UHGV virus genome: UHGV-0213290
DNA length: 36,987 nt
Source: a virus
Reading direction: 5' to 3' (one strand)
Shown here: positions 27,430 through 35,169 of the stretch, piece by piece
Position numbering within the stretch: position 1 is the first letter of the stretch
Layout of the letters: each line of letters opens with the position of its first letter
Notes under the pieces: model-generated
Seen by the model: only the letters and a program-made list of their open reading frames with translations
Database searches by the model: none
Told to the model about the DNA's origin: nothing
Made by a program: the position numbers and the translations under genes

Positions 27430-29930
27430 TGGACAGTATTAGAATTGCAATTTTAAGTGCAAATAACACGCCTATAGCATTTATGGATAATGCACACAAA
27501 AAGTCTATGCACTACTGGGATGATGATCTGCATGAGTATTTGCAGGGAGCGGCGAATACCTATACTTTTACGGTAAATGCAAAGCATCCAGACGCAGAAC
27601 ATGTTACAGTCGGAAACAAGGTGGCATTTACTTACAAGGGTAAATCTTACTACTTAAATATTGTAAATACCGATCAGACGGAGAAGACAATTACTGCTAC
27701 GGCATGGTCTCTGTCGTTTGAGCTTATTAACGAGGATGCTGGCGAATACAAAGCTGGAAAAGCCATGAGCTTTGAAGAGTACCTTGCCGTGTTTGACGCT
27801 GAGAGAACGCTTAAATTGGGACTCAATGAGGTGTCGGACAAACGGATTACCAACGAATGGACTGGCACAACGACCGTGTTAAAGAGATTATTTTCTCTGG
27901 CCAATGTTTTTTCTGCGGAGATCGAATTTGAGACAGTACTGAACAGAGACTACTCTTTAAAAGAGATTGTCCTAAATGTATATCGGAAACACTCCGATAC
28001 AGACAGCGGAGTCGGAGAATACCGGAATGACATTGTACTGCGGTACGGGAAAGGAATTACCGGAATTCGAAAAACCACAGATGCCGAGAAGCTTTACACC
28101 TGCATCCAGCCGACCGGAAAGGACGGTCTGACAATCAATGGTCTTGACAAGAAAGAATACGATGAAAACGGCAATATCGAGTACTTTACAGACGGTGCGA
28201 TCATCCGCGCACCACAGGCAAGGGACCGGTTCCCATCCAACATCGTAAATAAGGCTGATGCTTATATCCTGATGCGTAAAGAGTACGATACAGACAGCAA
28301 GGACAAGCTGTACAGCATGGCATTATCTGACCTCAAGACCGCATCCGAGCCAGTAGTAACCTACGAGGTGGACGGATATTTTGACACCAACATCGGGGAT
28401 ACGGTAAGGATGCAGGATCAGGAGTGGACACCAGTCCTTTATCTACAGGCAAGAGTATCAGAACAGATCAGGAGTCTTACCAATCCAAAAACTGCAAAGA
28501 CGGTATTTACAAACTACAAAGAGCTTACATCCGAAATATCCGACGATCTCATCAAAAGGATGCAGGACTTGATTTCAAAAAATAAAGTCTACACCTGTTC
28601 CATCTCTACAAACAACGGCATTATCTTTAAAAACGGCATCGGCAGCACTACACTGACTGCCTACGCTTACAACAACGGTGTGGATGTGTCTGGAAATCTG
28701 GAAATCCGGTGGAGTAAAGATGGGACAGAGTTTTATGTAGGTAGGAGCGTGACAGTAAATGCAGAGGATGTGGATACCAAGGCGGTGTACTCTTTCGTGG
28801 CAACTGAAAATGGAATCCGGCGTGGATATTATGAGGTAACAATCACCAAGGTGGACGATGGAGCACCGGGAGATCCTGGAAAAAACGGGGATGACGGAAA
28901 GGACGGTGTAGGAATCGAGAGTGTGACCAAGTATTATCTGGCATCCGAAAAAAGCACGGGAATCACGGTATCCTCTCCGGGATGGACGGACACGAAGCAA
29001 GACATGACCGAAACCAAGAAAAACCTATGGAGCTACGACCTTATCCGGTACACCAATAGCACGGAAACCAAGACCACACCTGTGATTATCGGTGTACGTG
29101 GAGACAACGGAGAGACAGGGGATAGTGGAATTATCATATCTCCCACACCCCCGGAAAATCCAAAAGTTGGACAGCTCTGGCAGACAGCAAGTGGAGAGCC
29201 GATTAAAAGATGGGATGGAAGTAAATGGGCGATCTATTACATTTCTGTAGAAAATCTGAATGTAGAGACGCTAAGTGCGATTGCCGCAAACCTCGGAACT
29301 GTAACCGCTGGACTTATAAAGAGTCTGGACGGACACTTTTTTATCCAGGTAAATACCGGAGAGATCTACTCCGAAGATGAAAACGGGATAAACAGCTCTG
29401 CGATAAGCAAGGGCGTATTTGTAGCGAATGGGATGGACAGCGGCAGACACACAAGCTTGTCTATATTCCCAACGCAGATTGCGCAGTATTTTGACGGAGC
29501 CACCATTTCAAACCTTGTTAATTTTAAACGGGACGGTATATTTGTTAAAAACTCCGGATCATACGAAATGAACATATCTAAAGCAACAAATTATGACTCC
29601 GGAAAGATAAAAGGACCATTCGCCAGCATAAACTCATCCAACTATATACAGGCGGAGCTAATAAGGAGAGGGTGCGTGGTTACATGTAAAATCACGGCAC
29701 TTATACAATTTCCAAACACAGGATCGCACGGACCGTTTGACGAATTAAGGATCCCTATAGGATATCGACCAGTCGTAGACATAGTAGAGACGTACAGCGA
29801 ATTGGTTGGTCCGTCAGTTATCGGGACTGGCAGATATTATATTTCAAAAGACGGAGGAATATCCATTGTAACTGGCAAGACAGACTACTGTGAACGCATA
29901 AAGACATTTACATGGATTACGGATGACTAA
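27429..29930 (+). CDS. Tail-associated protein (Tal) / antireceptor with collagen-like repeats and a C-terminal receptor-binding region
   Basis: N-terminus typical of siphovirus Tal; GAPGDPGKNGDDGKDG and GDNGETGDSG G-X-Y repeats; TAATG coupling to Dit. Confidence 0.8.
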   Translation: MDSIRIAILSANNTPIAFMDNAHKKSMHYWDDDLHEYLQGAANTYTFTVNAKHPDAEHVTVGNKVAFTYKGKSYYLNIVNTDQTEKTITATAWSLSFELINEDAGEYKAGKAMSFEEYLAVFDAERTLKLGLNEVSDKRITNEWTGTTTVLKRLFSLANVFSAEIEFETVLNRDYSLKEIVLNVYRKHSDTDSGVGEYRNDIVLRYGKGITGIRKTTDAEKLYTCIQPTGKDGLTINGLDKKEYDENGNIEYFTDGAIIRAPQARDRFPSNIVNKADAYILMRKEYDTDSKDKLYSMALSDLKTASEPVVTYEVDGYFDTNIGDTVRMQDQEWTPVLYLQARVSEQIRSLTNPKTAKTVFTNYKELTSEISDDLIKRMQDLISKNKVYTCSISTNNGIIFKNGIGSTTLTAYAYNNGVDVSGNLEIRWSKDGTEFYVGRSVTVNAEDVDTKAVYSFVATENGIRRGYYEVTITKVDDGAPGDPGKNGDDGKDGVGIESVTKYYLASEKSTGITVSSPGWTDTKQDMTETKKNLWSYDLIRYTNSTETKTTPVIIGVRGDNGETGDSGIIISPTPPENPKVGQLWQTASGEPIKRWDGSKWAIYYISVENLNVETLSAIAANLGTVTAGLIKSLDGHFFIQVNTGEIYSEDENGINSSAISKGVFVANGMDSGRHTSLSIFPTQIAQYFDGATISNLVNFKRDGIFVKNSGSYEMNISKATNYDSGKIKGPFASINSSNYIQAELIRRGCVVTCKITALIQFPNTGSHGPFDELRIPIGYRPVVDIVETYSELVGPSVIGTGRYYISKDGGISIVTGKTDYCERIKTFTWITDD

Positions 29931-29954
29931 AGGAGTGAATATGGAGATCAGAGC

Positions 29955-29978
29955 GAGACCGTGAGGGTCTTATTTTTA
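29955..29978 (+). terminator. Rho-independent terminator after the tail genes
   Basis: GAGACC-GTGAG-GGTCTT hairpin followed by ATTTTTAT. Confidence 0.45.
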
Positions 29979-30002
29979 TACTTAAAAAACCGGAGGAAAG
30001 AC

Positions 30003-30284
30003 ATGACAGAAAATGAAGTAGAAGTGAAACTTGCAGAGCACGGAAAAGAAATCGGCTCATTAAAGCATCGAATGAAAGAAGCAGAGGACGTTGTGAGCGT
30101 GGTACATCAACTGGCACAAGAAATGGTAGGGCTAACCAAAGAGGTCGGCTTCATGAACCAGACGTTGGTACAACTCACCGCAAAGGTGACGCATCTTGAG
30201 CAGACACCAGCTAAGAGATGGGATGGGGTTGTTACCGCTCTCATTGGAGCTATTATCGGTGCAGTAGCAGCAATGCTTTTTTAA
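30003..30284 (+). CDS. xhlA: XhlA-family lysis-associated membrane protein (haemolysin XhlA-like)
   Basis: N-terminal coiled coil and C-terminal transmembrane helix (VVTALIGAIIGAVAAMLF); ribosome-binding site CCGGAGGAAAG. Confidence 0.7.
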   Translation: MTENEVEVKLAEHGKEIGSLKHRMKEAEDVVSVVHQLAQEMVGLTKEVGFMNQTLVQLTAKVTHLEQTPAKRWDGVVTALIGAIIGAVAAMLF

Positions 30285-30297
30285 AGGAGGTAGAACC

Positions 30298-30546
30298 ATG
30301 AAAAAAATCAATTGGATTGTAAGAATCAAAAACAAGGCATTCTGGGTGGCGCTGATCCCGGCAATCTTACTGTTGATACAGGCAATTGCGGCAGTGTTTG
30401 GTCTTACCATCGACCTTGGAGACCTTGGAGATAAGTTATTGACTGTAATCAATGCACTCTTTGCAGTGCTGGCAATCCTTGGTGTAGTGGTAGACCCAAC
30501 GACACCGGGCACAGGAGATTCAGAGAGGGCGCTTACATATAAGTAG
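30298..30546 (+). CDS. Holin
   Basis: 82 aa, two hydrophobic helices, charged C-terminus, directly upstream of the endolysin; ribosome-binding site AAAGGAGG. Confidence 0.7.
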   Translation: MKKINWIVRIKNKAFWVALIPAILLLIQAIAAVFGLTIDLGDLGDKLLTVINALFAVLAILGVVVDPTTPGTGDSERALTYK

Positions 30547-30609
30547 ATTCGGGGGAGCTTGGAAACAGGCTCTCTTTTATTGTGCGACATCGCACGGAAA
30601 GGAGAAAAT

Positions 30610-31584
30610 ATGAGTATTTGTCGTGGAGTAGCAGGAAACAGAGGGAGAAATCCGGTAGGAATCTTTTTTCACAATGACGCTGGAAGCAAGAACGCCAATG
30701 CAGCGTTTTACAGAAATTGGCTACAGACACATCCCTTGGAAAATGGATTTGCGCACTATTATGTAGCACAGGATGGCATCTTACAGGCAGAGGATGATAT
30801 GAATTGTGCATGGCACTGCGGAGACACAAACGGGAACTTAAATTATCTTGGCATCGAAACGTGTCAGAGTATGGGCGATCTGGATGTATTTAAAGCAAAC
30901 GAAGAAAAAGCATTGCAGTTGGCAGCGCAGAAGTGCAAGGAGTACGGAATCACACCAAGCACAAGCACGATCAGATTGCACCAGGAGGTGTATGCCACAT
31001 CATGCCCGCACAGATCTGTAGAGATTCACGGTGGCAGAGAAGCTACGAAATCCTACTTTATCAAGCGGATTAAGGAGTATATGGCCGGAAATGTCACGCC
31101 ACCAACTTACGTATCCGGTGGACAGGCACAGGCTCAAGCCGCACAGAAACAGCCAGAAGTAGTATTTACTTACGCCGTCAAATTGGAGGACGGACGCATC
31201 TTGCCGTTTGTGCGGAATCTTACAGACTTTGCCGGAATTCAGGGCAAAAAAATCACAGACGTGGCTATCAAGGTAGACAAGGGATCCGTAAAATACAGAG
31301 TCCACGTAATCGGCAGAGGGTGGTTGCCTTATGTGACAGGATGCAACTGGAAAGATCACAATAATGGTTATGCCGGTACAGGACAGCCAATTGACGCAAT
31401 CGAGGTGTACTACAATACTCCAGCAGATTATGCCGCAAAATACGGCTACCAGAAAGCCCAGTACCGTGTCAGCCCTGTAAATGGAGCTTACTGGCCATGG
31501 CAGTATGATAACGAGACCGGAAACGGACAGGACGGATATGCCGGAGCGTTCGGACAGGCAATCGATCGGTTCCAGTTGTTCTAA
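30610..31584 (+). CDS. Endolysin: N-acetylmuramoyl-L-alanine amidase (Amidase_2/PGRP) with a C-terminal cell-wall-binding domain
   Basis: GNRGRNPVGIFFHNDAG...NCAWHCGD...HQEVYATSCP amidase_2 zinc-site features; ribosome-binding site AAAGGAGAA before ATG 30610. Confidence 0.85.
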   Translation: MSICRGVAGNRGRNPVGIFFHNDAGSKNANAAFYRNWLQTHPLENGFAHYYVAQDGILQAEDDMNCAWHCGDTNGNLNYLGIETCQSMGDLDVFKANEEKALQLAAQKCKEYGITPSTSTIRLHQEVYATSCPHRSVEIHGGREATKSYFIKRIKEYMAGNVTPPTYVSGGQAQAQAAQKQPEVVFTYAVKLEDGRILPFVRNLTDFAGIQGKKITDVAIKVDKGSVKYRVHVIGRGWLPYVTGCNWKDHNNGYAGTGQPIDAIEVYYNTPADYAAKYGYQKAQYRVSPVNGAYWPWQYDNETGNGQDGYAGAFGQAIDRFQLF

Positions 31585-31590
31585 TAAAAC

Positions 31591-31617
31591 CCCCTCGGAG
31601 ATTAGCTCTCTGAGGGG
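31591..31617 (+). terminator. Terminator closing the lysis cassette
   Basis: CCCCTCGGAGA-ttagc-TCTCTGAGGGG hairpin, weak U-tract. Confidence 0.45.
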
Positions 31618-31772
31618 TGAAATTTCCACGCAATTACTACTAATGTATTTACACGCCCGTACAAATGTGGTATTATAAAACTGTCCAATACAGATGATGC
31701 TCTGTATTGCGGAGACTGAGCAAATCACAGTTTCGCGGATTGAAATATTAGAAGTAGCTTTAAATAGCTAAA

Positions 31773-31805
31773 AGATAGGGATAGGCTTAATGCTTATCCT
31801 TTTCT
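31773..31805. terminator. Hairpin with flanking T-run between the lysis cassette and the minus-strand operon, possibly bidirectional
   Basis: GGATAGGC-ttaatg-CTTATCC followed by TTTTCTTTTTAT on +; CTTTT on the minus side. Confidence 0.4.
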
Positions 31806-31807
31806 TT

Positions 31808-32011
31808 TTATCTGATCAATTCCCGTACATCGCATTCCAGCGCATCTGCCAGAGCAATTGCGTTCCTGAGCATCATTTTTCCGGTATCGTACTCTCCGTA
31901 CTCGTATTTCTGTATCTGCCGAATGTTAATACCAGTCTTATTGGCAAGTTCTTGTTGCGTTAGCCCTGTAGCCTTTCTTAATCTTTGCACGCTGCTTAAA
32001 TGTTCCCTCAT
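31808..32011 (-). CDS. Small XRE-family helix-turn-helix protein (67 aa), last gene of the minus-strand operon; candidate Aca-like autoregulator
   Basis: LRKATGLTQQELANKTGINIRQIQKYEYG is an HTH_3 motif; ATG immediately after the upstream stop codon with ribosome-binding site AAGAGGGG; longer ORF-track version overlaps the upstream gene. Confidence 0.7.
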   Translation of the reverse strand: MREHLSSVQRLRKATGLTQQELANKTGINIRQIQKYEYGEYDTGKMMLRNAIALADALECDVRELIR

Positions 32012-32012
32012 T

Positions 32013-32306
32013 CTATTCACCCCTCTTTCTCCCATCACTATAGCAATCATAAAAACTATCTACTAATTCGGCAATCTCTTCCGGTGATAACTTATCGGCG
32101 ATTTCTTGCGGCACTCTATTATAATTTTCGGCAAACGTACAACCGTATTTTCCGATTTTAGATAATTTCTTAACCATTTCCAGTTTATACATGCGTCCAA
32201 GCTCTTCAGTTGTAATTTCCCCAGATTTAACTGCCTCCCTTCCTTCTCTCGTTAAAATCTTCATTGCTTCTTCTTTTTTAATTGTTCCGATTCCATTGAT
32301 TTTCAT
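32013..32306 (-). CDS. Hypothetical protein (97 aa), middle gene of the minus-strand operon
   Basis: Ribosome-binding site GGGGAGAAAGAGG 6 nt before ATG; no recognizable family. Confidence 0.55.
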   Translation of the reverse strand: MKINGIGTIKKEEAMKILTREGREAVKSGEITTEELGRMYKLEMVKKLSKIGKYGCTFAENYNRVPQEIADKLSPEEIAELVDSFYDCYSDGRKRGE

Positions 32307-32384
32307 TTTTCTACCTCTTTCTCCCCGTAGCCGATAGGTCAGCATATACATCACTTGCGTCTTGCTACAATGTCTTTCTTGTAA

Positions 32385-32810
32385 TTATTTTCCGTAAACT
32401 TCACTTAAAATTCTTCTGCACATTGTATTGCGTTCGTGTTTAAGATCAAACATAAGTCTCTGGTAGTATTTCATGTAAGCTGTTTCATTGTTCCACTTCA
32501 GCAGATCAATTACGAGTCCGGCATCAGATTCGGAAAGGATTCTGTTGTATTCTTCCTTGCGAGATTCCCACATGCTCACGCTTTCCGGATATTTTGCCTT
32601 GCACTCTGCGATCAGAGCATCAAACTGCTCGTTCATTTTTTTGATCAGATCGTTTGCGAAGTTGATCTGTTTCTCTGTTCCTGTCATTTTTGTTCCTCCC
32701 ATTTTCGCTTCTTTCCATGCTTTCTTTAAAGCTTCGGAGATTCCGAAGGATGTTTTCTTTACCAGTTCCCATGCTCTTTTCATAATTTTTGATAAGTTGT
32801 ATTTTTTCAT
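32385..32810 (-). CDS. Hypothetical protein (141 aa), first gene of the minus-strand operon
   Basis: Ribosome-binding site AAAGGAG 9 nt before ATG; duplicated KRAWELVKK / LKKAWKEAK helix motif at the N-terminus; no family recognized. Confidence 0.6.
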   Translation of the reverse strand: MKKYNLSKIMKRAWELVKKTSFGISEALKKAWKEAKMGGTKMTGTEKQINFANDLIKKMNEQFDALIAECKAKYPESVSMWESRKEEYNRILSESDAGLVIDLLKWNNETAYMKYYQRLMFDLKHERNTMCRRILSEVYGK

Positions 32811-32843
32811 TTTTCGTATCTCCTTTGCTTTATCTTATGGCCT

Positions 32844-32872
32844 TATTATACGTCTTATAAGGCGTAAAGTCA
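32844..32872 (-). promoter_or_regulatory. Consensus sigma-A promoter (TTGACT-17-TATAAT) driving the minus-strand operon, overlapped by CTTAT repeats and an inverted repeat
   Basis: Minus strand reads TTGACTttacgccttataagacgTATAAT; inverted repeat GCCTTAT...ATAAGGC spans the spacer and -10 element. Confidence 0.55.
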
Positions 32873-32936
32873 ATAGGAAAATGAAAAGTTTTTAAAATAT
32901 TTTTATGATATAATGGAATAAATGGAGGGGATAGAT

Positions 32937-33116
32937 ATGGAATATCAAATATACGAATCTTACGATACATTTTTGCTTTACCAAGAGTTTTTGGAGATAC
33001 CAGGTAATACATTCAAGTTCCGGCTGCCAGAAGGGATGATCCTGACAACCGAAATGATGCACACCTTTTTACGGGCGGCATATATGAGTGTCGGACGGAT
33101 GGATCTGCCGTCCTGA
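32937..33116 (+). CDS. Small hypothetical protein (59 aa) next to the att-like site
   Basis: Strong ribosome-binding site GGAGGGG; preceded by extended -10 TGATATAAT at about 32908-32916. Confidence 0.4.
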   Translation: MEYQIYESYDTFLLYQEFLEIPGNTFKFRLPEGMILTTEMMHTFLRAAYMSVGRMDLPS

Positions 33117-33131
33117 ATATTGTATCATTTA

Positions 33132-33181
33132 TTTTGTACTAATTATACTGCCCCAAATGGGGCTAAACACTTAGTACAAAA
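33132..33181. other. 50-bp nested imperfect palindrome, candidate attP-type site for the adjacent serine integrase
   Basis: TTTTGTACTAA (33132-33142) and TTAGTACAAAA (33171-33181) are perfect 11-bp inverted repeats; inner GCCCCAAATGGGGC is centred on the same dyad; 5 bp from the integrase stop codon. Confidence 0.4.
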
Positions 33182-33185
33182 CAGA

Positions 33186-34583
33186 TTATAAAAAATCTAC
33201 AGCTTTAATCGTATTGTCATCATTTAGGTAAATCTCCTGTATTGTGGATCGCCAAAAAGAACGCCTGTTTTCGAGCAAAAGAGAGTTGTACATCTGCCGA
33301 AAATCAGTTTGCAGCAATTCTTCTATGTATCGTGTATTGCGAGCTTCTTCTTTTTGTTGGCATGGGTTGGAAGAGTGCACGTATTCTTCTTCTAGCCGGT
33401 TGTATTCCGTATCGTAATATTCAAAAGAGATCCGCCCCTTTTGAAATAACAAATTTAATCGTTCCATTTCTTTTCTAAGCTTTTTCGGATCTTTCGCTTT
33501 CTTTTGCTTTTTTAACTCTTCGCTGATCTGGTTGGTGCGGACCTTATACTTTTCGTACTCTCTTTCAAGATTTTCGAGCAGATATTTTTCGATAAGGTTC
33601 TGGCTTACCCTATGCCTATACGTGCAAATATGATCAATAAGCGCTCTGTTGCAACGGTAGTAGCAGTATGTTCTTTTTTCTCCGGTTTTACGGTTGATAA
33701 TTGATGAGCATCCGGTGCCAACTAATTTCTGTCCGCACACAGGACAGCGCATCAAACCCGTAAATAGGTATACTCTGCCAGATGGTGTGCTTTTTATATT
33801 TCTTTTCGAGATAGTTTGCATCTCATTCCATTCTTTTTCTGACAGGTAGGCGGGGCAATAAGGGTATCCTCTGTACGTCCCTTTATAAAATTCGCTGGAT
33901 AACATCGTCCGTAACATGCCATAGCTAAAATCAATTCCATAGGTTTCCTGCATGTACCGGATAGCGCCCTTCTTGGAGTTATGATTTCTAAAATATTCAA
34001 AAAAATCTTCCACCATGTGTTCTGTTTCTGGATCCTTAACCATGCATTTCTTCCCGTCCACGACACCTGTTTTATATCCAAAAGGCATATTTGCATCTCC
34101 GAATATTAACTTCCTCTGTCTTATAGATGCTTCATTCACAAATTTAATTCGCTCGGATGTGGTGTCTACTTCATTTTGCCCGATCGACAGCACTACATTT
34201 AACTGCAATCGTCCGTCTCTGGTCTCCATGTTTATACCGGGCTCTGATACGGAAATCCAGCGAACACCATGATCATCAAGCACATCTTGCACCTTATAAA
34301 AATCAGAAAGATTTCGAAACCATCTGTCGAGTCTCCAGAAAATTATCACATCAATTTTATCCCTTTTTACGTCCTCTACAAGAGCGTGTATGGCTTTTCT
34401 TTTCTTCAATTCTTTTCTGGCAGTCTTTCCCTCGTCCGCATAGACACCTACTATAGACATATTGTTGTCTGTTGCGTATTGCTCCAGGCATTCTTTCTGT
34501 GCTTGCAGTGACTTCCCGTGTACACTTTGCTCAAACGTTGAGACACGGATATAGATGGCGCATCTTAGTATTTTCTCTTGCAT
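33186..34583 (-). CDS. int: Large serine recombinase (phage integrase)
   Basis: N-terminal resolvase catalytic domain (AIYIRVSTFEQ with catalytic Ser), recombinase domain, zinc ribbon CPVCGQKL...C..C, C-terminal coiled coil; 465 aa. Confidence 0.9.
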   Translation of the reverse strand: MQEKILRCAIYIRVSTFEQSVHGKSLQAQKECLEQYATDNNMSIVGVYADEGKTARKELKKRKAIHALVEDVKRDKIDVIIFWRLDRWFRNLSDFYKVQDVLDDHGVRWISVSEPGINMETRDGRLQLNVVLSIGQNEVDTTSERIKFVNEASIRQRKLIFGDANMPFGYKTGVVDGKKCMVKDPETEHMVEDFFEYFRNHNSKKGAIRYMQETYGIDFSYGMLRTMLSSEFYKGTYRGYPYCPAYLSEKEWNEMQTISKRNIKSTPSGRVYLFTGLMRCPVCGQKLVGTGCSSIINRKTGEKRTYCYYRCNRALIDHICTYRHRVSQNLIEKYLLENLEREYEKYKVRTNQISEELKKQKKAKDPKKLRKEMERLNLLFQKGRISFEYYDTEYNRLEEEYVHSSNPCQQKEEARNTRYIEELLQTDFRQMYNSLLLENRRSFWRSTIQEIYLNDDNTIKAVDFL

Positions 34584-34659
34584 TTTGCATCACTCCCTTG
34601 TAAATAGTATTTAAAAATGAGTATAAAAATAACAGCCAACGTGCGAACTGATGTTCCGC

Positions 34660-34765
34660 TTGCATGACTGCTCCGAAGATGATACAATATTCTTGGATTT
34701 CAATCGCATATCTTCGGATATGTATTGCCGTCCCGGTGTTGGTAGCACTGGGGCGGTTTTTATTT
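34660..34765 (+). ncRNA. Candidate small RNA: promoter TTGCAT-17-TACAAT, UUCG-tetraloop hairpin, then an intrinsic terminator
   Basis: -35 at 34660-34665 and -10 at 34683-34688; hairpin GCATATC-TTCG-GATATGT at 34706-34723; terminator stem CCGTCCCGGTG/CACTGGGGCGG at 34728-34756 plus TTTTTATTTT; no + strand ORF served. Confidence 0.3.
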
Positions 34766-35139
34766 TATAAAACGTGTGACGCTATAAGTCTGTTTATAGA
34801 TTGCACATCTGAGTTCGAGGTGAAATCAAATTTCACTGTTCCTAATCCACTAAAACAAACAGTGAGTTCAGAGTCCATATCGAAAGTACCAGAAGTTTCA
34901 ACCGAAAACGCTTGCATTTTTGAATATGGCAACGATGTATAATCTTTTTTAGATCCTGTAATACCTTGCACGTTGCATGCAATAATTCTTTTGTTTGTAA
35001 AAACAACGAAGTCTCTCATCGAAGAGTAATACCCGGCCACTTCTTCATCAGTTATAAGCAAGCTGAAAACTTCTCTCGGAATGTTCTTTTCTTTTCCTTT
35101 GCTTAATTTGAATACTTTTTTGTTCTGAAAATCAATCAA
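34765..35139 (-). CDS. Bacterial PH-domain (YokE/bPH-like) protein
   Basis: About 124 aa; beta-rich sequence resembling bacterial PH/GRAM-like domains. Confidence 0.55.
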   Translation of the reverse strand: MIDFQNKKVFKLSKGKEKNIPREVFSLLITDEEVAGYYSSMRDFVVFTNKRIIACNVQGITGSKKDYTSLPYSKMQAFSVETSGTFDMDSELTVCFSGLGTVKFDFTSNSDVQSINRLIASHVL

Positions 35140-35169
35140 TGTATGTTCCTTCTTTCTTAATTCAATGCT

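Noticed and set aside
27429-29930. Peptidase or lysin domain in the Tal protein (tail-associated lysin)
   Set aside because: No recognisable catalytic motif (for example CHAP Cys-His or M23 HxH). The protein looks like a structural Tal with a receptor-binding C-terminus only.
33150-33163. GCCCCAAATGGGGC hairpin as a simple bidirectional intrinsic terminator between convergent genes
   Set aside because: No U-tract on either side, and its exact co-centring with the 11-bp outer inverted repeats favours a protein-recognition (att-type) site over a terminator.
34664-34942. 92-aa + strand ORF
   Set aside because: It overlaps the terminator hairpin and the better-supported minus-strand PH-domain gene, has no ribosome-binding site, and has hydrophobic low-complexity translation.
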